From Lama glama (taxonomy: Eukaryota): a stretch of DNA of 64,000 nt. Within the stretch, counting starts at the first letter, position 1. Each line of letters opens with the position of its first letter. This document shows positions 27,011-38,600 of this stretch, piece after piece. The position numbers and the translations under genes were made by a program. Location: assembly GCA_028534125.1 (NCBI GenBank), contig CM052817.1, positions 49,726,001 to 49,790,000 of the forward strand, written 5' to 3'. The notes beneath the pieces are model-generated. The model was not told the DNA's origin. It made no database searches and saw nothing but the letters and a program-made list of their open reading frames with translations.

Positions 27011-27728
27011 AAGACAGAAAAAAATGTTCCCTCTAACACTAAAATCTATGTGCCATTCTCTATGCAAAGCCAGGTATGCTCTATGTGTGCTGTGATCTTC
27101 ACACCCACCTTCACTCCAAGACTCCTTCACCTTGAGCCCATCTCTGTGAGCCTCCCCTCTCTTTTTTCATCTCCTCTTCCCCGTAGTTTGCTCCATCACT
27201 CATTTTCACTTTCCTCGGTCACATCATAAAATTTTCCTTTGTTCAGCTCCAATCTCCAGTTGTAGCATAATCTGCTTCAGAACCAAACAGGCTAATTAAG
27301 AGAGATCAGGGATACGACTACTATATAGAGAGAAATCGTCTCTGCTAACAAACCTTCCGTTGCCCTCTCAAAAATGATTTAACTTAGTATACTAACTCAA
27401 TCTTTTAAGAAATAAAAATGATTTCATTTTTGAATGTTTGTGGGGCATACTTAGTCAGACACACTCTGGATTCAAAAATCTGGTCCAGGTACATACATAT
27501 AACAATAGTGAGAGGGATTCTTGAACTCTGGGCTTGAGAAGGTAAGAAAGGGCTTTCTGAGAGTAACATCCATTCACAGAGCTCTAGACAATTTATTTAT
27601 ACACAATAAACTCTGAAGAATAAACCTTTAATTCTCATTCTCCATTAAGGAGGCTGGTTTTAAACACTGAAATTACTTTGTTTTTCCTTTGTTTTCCTTT
27701 GTACTTTGTTTTCTTTACTTTCTATAAG

Positions 27729-27871
27729 GGGAATCCCAAAATAATCTTCGAGAAGCCAGACTGAAAATCATAAGTGACGATGTGTGCAAGCAGCCACACG
27801 TGTATGGGAATGATATAAAATCTGGAATGTTTTGTGCTGGGTATCTGGAAGGAATTTATGATGCCTGCAGG
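27729..27871 (+). CDS. TMPRSS11A: TMPRSS11A coding exon (probably exon 9) with the S1 specificity Asp (YDACR)
   Basis: Long pyrimidine tract plus taag|GG acceptor, AGG|gtaggt donor; 143 nt; ESQNNLREARLKIISDDVCKQPHVYGNDIKSGMFCAGYLEGIYDACR. Confidence 0.96.
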
Positions 27872-29224
27872 GTAGGTGGAGAGAGAATATTTTGATATCA
27901 TTAAAAAAATGTATCTGTCTCAAGAAATATTTGACGTTCTTTACATTAGTAAAGTACAGATATCTTATTTCAAATTTTTCTAACTGCAAATTTCACAACA
28001 CAAGCATATTTTTAAATGTTTTATTGAGCAAAATGAAATAAGTGAAGAGTTTCTTTGATGCTATCAAATAAACTAACCAATGAAATTTAATTTTCTTAAT
28101 AGCAGAAGCCCAAAAGTTCATAAAGCAGAATCCCTTTCCTTACAGAGCTCACATCTAGAAAGAAAACCATCATGAACAATGAATTCTGATGTGATATTAT
28201 AAATTACATAATGGACAAATTTTTTATTAATGTGTAGTTGACTGAGAATATTGTGTTGGTTTCAAGTGTGGAGAACAAATATTTTTGGCTTGAAGGGAAC
28301 ATTTAGAGAGATGAAGCCTGAAGCATAAATAGCACCCAGTTATAGAATAAGGGAATACTATAAAAAAGAGAAAAGGCATCGCCAAAATTATGAAGATGTG
28401 AAATTACAATTCATATCTGAGGCAATTCCAAGTAATGTGATGGGTCTCAGCCTGTGGAGGATGGGAGGTGAGATGCAGTTACAGCCGACCAGGTGGATCA
28501 GTCCCTTTTCCAGTGCTCCCCTCTATTATACAGCATTTATTCTGCATGAATATTTTCTGACAAAGGTGTAAAGTGTTTTTCCTCCTGGTGGCACTTGCTT
28601 TATGAGATTCTTAAAAACTCCAAGGAGGTGATTCTCCATAGTGAAATGATGGGAACTGGTTTGTTATCAGGTGGCAGAAAGCCGTGTCCAGAGTCCCACA
28701 AATTACACAACACAGACACCTCTGTCAAAAAAAGAGCAGCAAGTTTTGCAGCATCTGGTAAGATGGGTAAGGGCAGCATCTGGTCCATATCTAGCTTCAG
28801 TTGCTGAGAACGTAGAGGGAGGCAGCTAGAATTCAGGGAATCCAAAGAGAGGTTCATGCCATGACAGACAAGTGGAAGGTGGTGACCAAAGTGTAGGAAC
28901 ACACCAGACGTGGGAATCTAGGCAAATGGGGAGATTAGTGATAAGCCTCAGGGAAGACTGGTGATCATAAAGTGCTTTCACTGGATTGGGGAGCTGAGGT
29001 AAGATTCCTGCCCCATGACTATACAGTGAGTAAGTAATAAGAGCTCTAGTCATAGAAAAATTGGGTAAGGTATTGAGGAAATGACTCGGGCACAGAGCTC
29101 TAAGACAGGAATACAGTCACTGCTACTGAATACATGGTAAGGGACCTAGTCTGACAAAACAGAAGTCTAGGCACCCTGTTTAGAGTCAGAAGAAATCCAA
29201 CATCAGCTTGACAATCTGTGCTGT

Positions 29225-29428
29225 ATACGTGAAATTTTAAGAGTAGACCTTAAGCATTCTCACACAAACAAAGTAACTGTGAGGTGATGAATGTGTTAAT
29301 TAACCTGATTGTGGTAATCATCTCACAAAGTATATATGTCAAATTATCATGTTATATACTTTAAATATATATAATTGTATTTTTAAATTATTTGTCTATA
29401 AAGCTGAAAAAATTTTAAAAATTAAAAT
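29225..29428 (+). mobile_element. L1MA/L1MB 3' end fragment
   Basis: aagagtagaccttaagcattctcacac...gtaactgtgaggtgatgaatgtgttaattaacctgattgtggtaatcat followed by A-rich tail. Confidence 0.8.
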
Positions 29429-29570
29429 GTTGAAATTGAACTGAGGCCTTTATAACTTTTGAAATCCATGTTTCAATTAATTATCCTATAATTGGTAATC
29501 TATACATTTACTACTAATAATAAAGCATGTGGTTCATTAAAATATCGTAAGTAATAAGTTATATATTTAG

Positions 29571-29762
<192 letters not shown>

Positions 29763-31596
29763 TTCCCTATACAAGTTAAACATGGAGAGCTGTATGCAGA
29801 TCATACATGTATGAGAATCCAAATATTCTGTGGATATAAGTACATTGAAGTGAGATTAAATGACATGATTTAGTTCAACATTGCTTTCATCAATCAAAAA
29901 CCCATAGCCAATTTAAAAAAGATTTAAATCTGTAAAGTAGTGGATCAATTTAACCTGTCCTGCAGCTCTTTAAATCATGCAAGCTAGAATATTAATGAGG
30001 AGTAGTGCAAATTTCTGAGGATAATCCACGATATTTTTAGAATGTCTTTGTTAGGGGTGTCCCCTTAAGTGAGAAACTTTTTAAACTCTCAGAGTTCGGG
30101 AAACCCTTATATAATTTTCTATTATTTCTCCAGAGCTCACAAATACTTCTTTTTTCTTTTTTCTTGTTCTTCCAGATTTTCCAAAGAGATTTCCCACATT
30201 TTCTATTTATAACCCCACTGAAAGGATCCTCATTAAAAACAAAGTTATATCTAGGAAACAAAGTATGGTGATAAATCAAGCCAGAAATCTAACTTTTGTC
30301 AGCTGTGAAACCTCCCTAATTTCTTGGTGATTCTTTAACATATATACACACACACAATATACTTAACTTCAGATATACCCAGAAAAGCCTGATTAATGAG
30401 TAAATATATATATAGTAATTAGCTAATCAAAACGTATTTTTGTTACAGAGGGGAAAGGTAATGGTAGTTTTATGAGCAGTCCCAAAACAATGGCACAAAA
30501 ATTGGACATTTTATAGATGCATTTATATATTTGGACCACCAGAGGCGTCCTTGTACATTAATGCCTAGAAAAAATTGAGAATTTGCTAATATGTTGAAGA
30601 ACTAATGAGCATTATCTTTCCACATAGAAAAAGTTTATTTCTTTGTATTACTGCAGTCAATTATCTACTTAGGCTTGCAGCAACAGCCTGACTATTTCAG
30701 CCATGAAAATTAGCTTTAAAAAATTTAGAAATATAAATTTTGAGGATTACCATACAGAACACATGAACAAAGTGATCTGAAAGAGCAAATAAACCCCCTA
30801 GGTAGTGTTTCATGAAGACATTAGGATAGTCAGGCTCATGTATTCCATTATACAATTAAATGAAGATTTTTGTGGAAACTGTTACTCTGTGTCACAAGGC
30901 TAGCTTAACATCAGGGTTACAGGCAGGGTGTCATTTACTCATGTGGTTCAAATATAAACCAAACCATTGGAAAAATCACTTTGTAATAATTTCCCCCACG
31001 TGCAGCTGATAAGGCATGAAAATAATCCTAAAATAATCTAGAAGAGATTTAAAATTTATTCATCACAAAAACTGTTCCATAACTTAGACTCACAAAATTT
31101 TAAAGTTTAGGAGAGACGACATGTCACATGTGCCAACATACTTATGGTTCAGAGAACTGAAGGCAAGAAATGTAAATGAATTGGCGAAGCTGTAGGTAAT
31201 TTGTATCCCCAGCGGTCTTCATACCCAGGTGCCAATTTTACATGCCCTTTTCCTTACAAAGTATCTTTATGATTGTCTATATTTATTGAATCATCAGTTG
31301 TAGAAAAATTACAGTGAGTTCTATGGAATCTGTTTTAAATTAAGAAACTCTTAAGAATTTTAAATTGGCTTGCTGCTAATCTTCTGAATTCACTTCAAGA
31401 TAAAGTTGCTTCTTCATATGTAAAATTATACATACACATATAAACTATTCAGTGTTATGATGGTAAGATATACTTTTGATTTCTAGTGTTAAGATTCAAG
31501 AAATTATCTTAGAGGTAAAACTTTGCATTTGTTTTGTGCAATATTTAATTCTGGGTCACATGTAAGTGAATACCACTGTATCATTTAAAATCTAAT

Positions 31597-31602
31597 AATA
31601 AA
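31597..31602 (+). terminator. TMPRSS11A: Candidate TMPRSS11A polyadenylation signal (3' UTR about 1.85 kb)
   Basis: AATAAA near the end of a repeat-poor stretch after the stop; alternatives are ATTAAA near 29855 and AATAAA 30788. Confidence 0.45.
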
Positions 31603-31727
31603 GTTGGTGATTGGAGCATTCTACAAATAGTATCACTGAATCTGTGTTAGACTAATAACATGAATCTTTTTTTCAAATGCTGTTAAAACCACATTTCTTT
31701 TAAATAAGTAGTTTGGGTCACTCCGAA

Positions 31728-31935
31728 GCAAGATTTCTCAACTCAACTTTCTCACTTTGGACATCTGGCCTGGATAATTTCTTTGAGAGTTATCCTATGG
31801 ATCGTAGAATTTTAGCAGCACCCCTGACCTTCTAGATGATGTAACATACTCCTTCTCCCAAAATTATAATACTCAAAAATATCTCCAGACATTGGCAAAT
31901 GTCTCCTAAGGGGAGACTTATCCCTGTTGAAAACT
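31728..31935. mobile_element. MER20 hAT MITE
   Basis: tttctcaac...ggcctggataatttcttt...ttagcagcacccctgacc...aaaaatatctccagacattggcaaatgtctcct. Confidence 0.75.
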
Positions 31936-32221
31936 TGTTCCAAAGGAGCTTGATTATTTTCAGAAATGCCAGAGCTATCTCAAAATTAAGACACTAAGTG
32001 TTCAAAACCTACAATCTCCTAGTCAAACTGTATGTTCACTATCATGTTCCTAAAAGAAACAGCAGAATAAGTGTTTTTAGTCAGTGACTATTTCAAATAC
32101 AGAGTGATCTCCACACACAGTGTGCTTAGAGAGTTTCTCTCCTACCCTTACCTTCACTATATTCATGGAGCACCATTAACCATTCCAGTAAAGACAGGTT
32201 TTCTATGAATATACCCTGAAG

Positions 32222-32448
32222 TAGAGTTTTTCCATCTTGACAACAATCCACAGTAAGAAATATATTTTATATCATAGCTCCATAAATACGTAACAAAATC
32301 CGTATGTATTAGAAATTGAAACGAAAGTTTCATAAAACAATACCCACCTTACTAAATACAATAAAATCTAATATTTTCTATTCTGTTTCATTTTTTAAAA
32401 ATGCTTGCTCCACCAACAAAATTGATTTCACAACCTAACCTGTAGTTC
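32222..32448. mobile_element. hAT-Charlie (Charlie4-like) MITE
   Basis: ccacagtaagaaatatattttatatc...aaagtttcataaaacaatac...aaattgatttcacaacc. Confidence 0.5.
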
Positions 32449-34246
32449 CTATAGAACATTCTGGAATAATCATTCACATTACTAACATCATATTGTTATT
32501 ATGTCACCTGCTCCCACTGCTTTCCCCATCTTTAATTTATCTCTACTCTATCCATTTAGCAAACTGTCGCTAGGTTATGATGCTATTCAAGAATGCTACT
32601 CCCATGGACTCAAATCTTCACTGATTTTCCCTTTGCCTGACAAACTGAGTCTAAATCCATGTCACCATAGCTTTTAAGGCCCTTTACAATCTGCCAACAA
32701 CCAATAAGTTTTGTTTTACTTGTACTCAGTGCTCTTGTAACACTGAACGTTACTCTTTATTTCTAGAACACGTAGATAGTAGGTCATGCAGTGTTCTCTT
32801 TACTCTACGAGATTTAGCTCAATTATCACCTCTACCAAGAATACCTTTATTATTCCAGACAAAATTACTCTCTATCAAATATTTTTGTTCTTCCCCTAAA
32901 GCATTTCTCATACTTTACTCTGTAATATTTTATGTACATTTATTATCTCTAAAACTATTCTAATTTCTGTTAGGCTAAAGGTTGTTTTATTCATCTTTGT
33001 ATTCCCCATAGTACTTAGTACAATATTCTGTATATACTACGTTTGGTGAAGGAATAAATTAACAGAGGCTAGTTATGATTTCTATGAAGGAAACACACCT
33101 CGGTTCTCAGCTGTTAACTGCTTTCCAGGGTCACTTTCTTTACACTGCTTTCCACTCTGTGCTGGTCCTGCTTTGCATGTTCTTGAATGTGTCTGAAGAC
33201 CTCCTGCTCTCTGCCTACACCAGAAGTAATCAAGATACAGTAGCGCAAGGCTGTGACCTTTCAGGAGACCTTCTATATCAAAAACTTTTCCCCATATTCT
33301 CTTAAATGAGCACATCCCAAATTCATAGGGGAAAGTTAGAATGGAGCACAGAGGAGCCCATTCTAGGTGACGAGTCACACCACAGCTGAGCACAGCTCTG
33401 TTTCCTCTCTCCCACGCTGTCTGAGGCAACAAACACTACTCATAGTGCAGAAGCACAAACACTATTTCTGACTTTTCATGAAAACCACTCTAAAAACACC
33501 TTGCTCTCACACTGCCTTTCACTGGGCCATTTTAAGAACCTAACCATCAAATAGGAGATAATTACACCATCTCCTTCTTGAACCAAATTCTTTATTTCCT
33601 TCTCATTTAGATGCCTCTGAAAAGAAATTAGATCAACAGCTTAGAGCCCAGGATAAATAATAAAACAAAACAAAACAAAATCAGACTGGATTCCAAGGTG
33701 AACTGGTAGCTTCTCCCTGTTCCATGACTACAGACTATTCCTAATCCCCCAAAAAACTATCATAGTTTTGAACATTTTTGTTCAAAAGTCTTTAAAAACA
33801 AATAAGGATGAATCAGAGGAAATGTACCAGTATTACTAAAAACAAAAACAAAAACAAAACAACTCAAGTGCATGCTCTTTCAACAGTGAGAATTGTTATC
33901 TTTGTGTCAAAAGGATGTTATGATGTACTTTCATGATTCCAAATGACCTCAAATCCTGTTCAAGTACCTCTCTACAATCACATGTTTCACAGATTAGTGA
34001 AAGAGTTCAACACTAATACAAAGACTGGCCATTGTTGCTCATTTGAATCAGATGAATTATTAAATATAGGTTCAAATAATCTTTTAAACTATTTGTAACA
34101 GATTATACTACCAAATCACACATTTGATGGATAGCATGCATGGAAGCATAACATAGAAGCAAACAATGTGAAATTAAACAGAATTTATTTGAATTCCAGT
34201 TCTACAGCCTACCAGCTAAGTCACTGTGGGTCTGTTATTTGAACTC

Positions 34247-34357
34247 TGTGATGGTTAGTTTTATGTATCACCTTGATTGGGACATGGTGCCCAGATATAT
34301 GGTTAAACAATATTTTGGATGTTTCTATGAGGGTGTTTTGGACTATATTAACATCTG
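34247..34357 (+). mobile_element. MLT2 (ERVL) LTR 5' part, apparently resuming at about 34925-34937
   Basis: tgtgatggttagttttatgtatcaccttgattggg...tgcccagatat..ggttaaac; continuation aatcagtagactg after the L1 pieces. Confidence 0.7.
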
Positions 34358-34374
34358 TTCCAGGCTTCTGAAAG

Positions 34375-34590
34375 AGAATTGACAATAAAACTGTGTAAAT
34401 TTAAAGTATACAACATGATGACTTGATTATATATATATACATTGTGAAATGATTACCGCATTAAGTAACACACCCATCACTAACATATTTATCTTTTCTT
34501 TTTTGTAGTGAGAACACTTAAGATGTACTCGTAGAAGATTTCAAATATACAATACAGTATTATTAACTACAGTCACTATGCTGCACAGTA
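34375..34590 (-). mobile_element. L1MA 3' end fragment (antisense)
   Basis: tttaaagtatacaacatgatg...gtgagaacacttaagat...tattaactacagtcactatgctg. Confidence 0.8.
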
Positions 34591-34922
34591 GGTTGCCAAG
34601 GACTGGGGAACAGGGAGATGGGGAGATGTTGGTTAAAGGATTCAAATTTCAGTTATGAGATGAGTAAGTCCCAGGAGCTAATATGCACCATGGTGACTCT
34701 AGTTGTAATACTGTACTATATACTTGAAAGTTGCTCCAAGAGTGGAGCTTTAACGTTCTCATAACAACAACAATGAAATGGTAATTATGTGAGGTAAAGG
34801 ATGTATTAATTAACCTTATTGCAGTAAACATTTTGCAATATATATGTGTGTCTAATCATCACATATACACATTAAACTTACACAGTGTTACATGTCAATT
34901 ATGCCTCAATAAAACTGGGGGG
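34591..34922 (+). mobile_element. L1MA 3' end fragment (sense)
   Basis: ggttgccaaggactgggg...ggagatgttggttaaagga...tcaattatgcctcaataaaactgg. Confidence 0.8.
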
Positions 34923-36423
34923 GAAATCAGTAGACTGTCTTGAATTTAGCAGAAAATACATAGAAAAAGAAATAGAAAAATCAACCTATTCAAAATAACA
35001 ATAAAAAAATCCCACAAAACCAAATCAAGAAACTTTGGATCAAAGCAGGAAAAACCCAAGTTTCATAAAAGGTTTATGTAACTAAAGATCTAGTAGGACT
35101 TGCTATGGATGTTACAAGTAAAACAAAAAACAAAAAAAGTATTCTCAAATACCAACCCCAAATTGAAGATCATAAGGGCAAACACTCTAAATTACAAGTA
35201 TTTGGTTTGTAGACAATCCTGTGTAGCTTATTTTAGAAAAGACAGATCCAGGGGTTTATTAATTCAAATATAGTTAATAATTACTCAGTGCTAGATTGGT
35301 ACATTTATTAATGTTCTATCAAGATTTTAATTAACCAAGATAATATCAGTGTTGTAAAACTCACTGAGATTTCAGCATACTCTATACTTGAGAAGACTTA
35401 AGATAGCATAGGAAATAACTTTCTTGAAATATTATCAGTGCCAATGCTTTCAGGAAAGTTATTTTATATAATATTTACTATTCTTCCACAGTTATTTTTC
35501 TGTCCAAGTTTTCTCATTCTTGATTCAATTTCAGTAATTTTTTTTCAGAAATTTATTTTCTGGAGACAATATTTTTGGTATAGTTTCATGTATTCTTATG
35601 TCTTCTATATCTGCTGTTACATTATTGTTCTCATTTTTTAAATTGTTGAATATTTGGTGTGTACTTTTTATCAATACAAATTACCCTCTTTATCTTGGTT
35701 AATGCTGTTTCGGACCTCTACCCTTGCCATCTCTGTATAATTTGCCTGCTATCTTTGTCCCTTCTCTTTTCTTTAGCTTTCTTTTTGTTTTCATTGTGTA
35801 TCTGACAGTGTACAGACTTCTGATAACTGGACTTTCTTTTTAAAACCATCAGAAGAATCTTTGCCTTTCACTACATCTGTTTAAACCATTCATGTATATT
35901 GCATAATTTTTATGTTTGGTATAACTCCTTCACCTTTTTTTCTATGATTTCTTTCTTACATTTTCTGGCTAATTTTTAAATTATCTATATTTTATTCCTC
36001 AATCACACACCTATCCCCAGACCAATAGAGACCTTAGTAAATATTTCTAATTACTTCCCTTCCTTTGTGGGATGTTTTCTACTTCTTATTAATAATGGTT
36101 TATTCATTTTCTTTTAGACATATATACATTGTTTCCTTTAAGGCATGTAAAAATAAAAATGAAAAAAGTTTTATACTAATATTTAATGTAATTTTATCTC
36201 CCCAAACACCCCCACTCATCTCATCTAATGAAATTTCCCCCTCTGCCAGAAGCCTGGTTTGTGCTCTTGCAGGAAGCCAAGGTGGTTCCCAACAGGATAC
36301 TAAAAAGAGCACATACCATGGGAATCTGTATCTATTATTTAATCGATTCAAAGGCCCTTAGATTTTTAGATTTAGATTTAGATTGCATAACTATACATAT
36401 ACTCAAAAAAACTACTTTTAAAA

Positions 36424-37045
36424 TGCGGGGAGCCACTCATGACCTGAGGACAGCCGAGCACAGAACGGGACGGAAAATCCCAAAGTGCTGGCGTCAGGCT
36501 CTGAGATTGATCTAGCAAAGACAATCTCTGTCCCGCCACCCCTTTGAAGAAGAATGCACCAGGTGTTCTAAAGCTCTAGGAACATCCAGAGCTATTAAGT
36601 CACTGATGACCTTAGAACAGAGAGATACAATCAGCATACAAGTTAGTTATCNNNNNNNNNNNNNNNNNNNNNNNNNNNNNNNNNNNNNNNNNNNNNNNNN
36701 NNNNNNNNNNNNNNNNNNNNNNNNNNNNNNNNNNNNNNNNNNNNNNNNNNNAGCGGGAACATTAACTTTAGTGTATGAGTACTATAAACAATGTTAATCT
36801 ATAGAACAATATACGAGATAATGAGCCCTAAAACAATACCTATGCCTACGTGCAGGAATGCACAAGATAGCTAGTTGAAATTGTATAAATTAACTGCTGA
36901 AAATAAACTCAAGGTCCACTCTTGGCTTAGCGTCTTGCAGGCTTAGAGTGAGACCCTCTCAACCCCATCTTTTAGTCTTGTCTTTCTTTTCTCAGTCCTG
37001 CAGCACAGGTTTCTGGACCTGATCGATTGTTGGCTGGCTCTGATA
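36424..37045 (+). mobile_element. ERVK/betaretrovirus-like LTR interrupted by an assembly gap
   Basis: Starts TGCGGGGAGCC; TATAAA 36884 closely followed by AATAAA 36902; U5-like pyrimidine tract; ends ...ggctggctctgata; taaaa direct repeat at 36419-36423 and 37046-37050; retains CpGs. Confidence 0.65.
36652..36751. other. Assembly gap (100 N)
   Basis: Exactly 100 N, the usual placeholder for an unknown size. Confidence 0.99.
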
Positions 37046-37639
37046 TAAAATACTATTATATATTCATTAATATATGATGAGACATTATCTCTGACTTAAA
37101 ATTATAATTAAATTCCTTCTAACTTATCATCTTTGCTCTTTCATGCCATTAATGTTACTAGAAAGAATCTTCTATACAATAGTTTAACATTTAGCAAGAA
37201 CCAAATTCTTGCAGGATGTTTATATTGTCTTTAATACAATTTTAATATTGATTTTAAATACTAATGCATGGTCTTATTGCTGCTCAAGAATTCTATTAAA
37301 ATGAAAATATAGATATAAAGATATGACAGTGGAAAAAACTATGTCAATCCCATATCACATTCAAATTACACCTAGTCATAACCTGAAAAGAATATACTTC
37401 ATAGCAAACAAACAAACAAACAAAACCCCAAAAAACCTGTGAGTTCTTTGGATTTTTTTCTTTACTTGTCAAGAAAGTGAAAATATATGTCAGGTGATAT
37501 TTCCAGACATCCTCATTTCACTACTGAATGCACAGGATAATAAAAGGTATTTTTTTAATAACCTGTAACAATCACAATGGAATCAGTTATTAAAGAAGTA
37601 TTTCCAGGAAGAAAAAACAAAAACCCGAAAACCCTTTTC

Positions 37640-38600
37640 TTGTTTGTAGGCACCTACCCAGTTAAGATGTTCAGAACAAACCAAACTGCTGGCTAGGCCC
37701 TCTGGGTTGGCAAGACAAACCCACATTCAGAATAGTAGTCTATGCCTGTGAGGAAAAAATAGCTGGTCTTTCTAGGATGGAAGGGGTCCAATGTAGTCAA
37801 CCTGCTTCCAGGTGGCCAGTCAGTCTCTTTGAGGAATAGTTCCATTCTGTGGGTTCAGTGTTTGTCCCTGTTGATGATGGGTTGGACATTCTGAGGAAGC
37901 ACTAGTTAGACTGGTGTTGACAAGAGGGAGTCTATGCTGTTGGGCCCACATAGGGCTTCCATCTGTCCCTCTGTGGCCATGCCATTCATGTGCCCATAAT
38001 GCCAACACTTAGTGATACTGGTCTAGAGTGGCCAACTGCACCAGCCTGCCTAGGATTGAGGAGGAGTCCAGAATGCTAAAGCCTGGACAGCCCCAAGCAA
38101 AATGGAACGAGCTGATCTCCTACTGGTCCCTCTCTCACCAGCACATTCCCAATGGCCTTGGTAAATGGTGTATTATCTGGATGGTCCTGTGCTTTCTGAT
38201 GGGCCTTGAGATAATCTATTCATTTACTGTGCCCAATTCTCAGTTTTTTAACCCCTTGGCCTCTACTGTCTCCCAAAAAAATTTTGGAATTTTAACTTTG
38301 CTTAGCATGGGCCACTGCTTTTTCCAGACTTCTAGGAGGCATGCCAGCAGCAAGTTTAAACCATCTTTTGGGCATCTCGTCAGGTGTTATGTCCTGTATA
38401 CTAAGAGACTGCTTCCAAATCAAGAATCCCTTCAATATATCCAGCCTTATATTCCAGTTCCTTTGATCAAGCACCCTTGGAATCTACTCAAGCACAAAGT
38501 ATTCCCACAGTCCCTAACAGTATTTGCTGCTAAATTTTTGTAGCCCCTTTGGTATGCAGATTTTTTCCTCTCTCTTCAGGCCTGACACATTCCCAGATGG
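37640..38600 (-). mobile_element. Degenerate ERVL internal relic: gag fragment (about 38150-38560) and integrase fragment (about 37730-38010)
   Basis: Minus translation WAHEWHGHRGTDG...WAQQHRLPL...SECPT...GTIPQRD*LATWKQVDYIGPLPS*KDQLFFLTGIDYYS (zinc-binding plus core integrase) and RVLDQRNWNIRLD (ERVL gag-like). Confidence 0.8.
38025..38122. mobile_element. MER81/MER94-like hAT-Blackjack MITE inside the ERVL relic
   Basis: Degenerate TIRs agagtggccaact... / ...gagctgatctcct; internal aatgctaaagcctggacagccccaagcaaaatggaacg. Confidence 0.5.

Noticed and set aside
28510..29215. GC-richer block with overlapping 70-100 aa ORFs in the last TMPRSS11A intron
   Set aside because: No recognisable protein; probably an old LTR-type repeat that I cannot name with confidence
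38028..38543. Longest + strand ORF (171 aa)
   Set aside because: GTG start, begins in a MITE and runs antisense over an ERVL gag relic; no recognisable domain or exon structure
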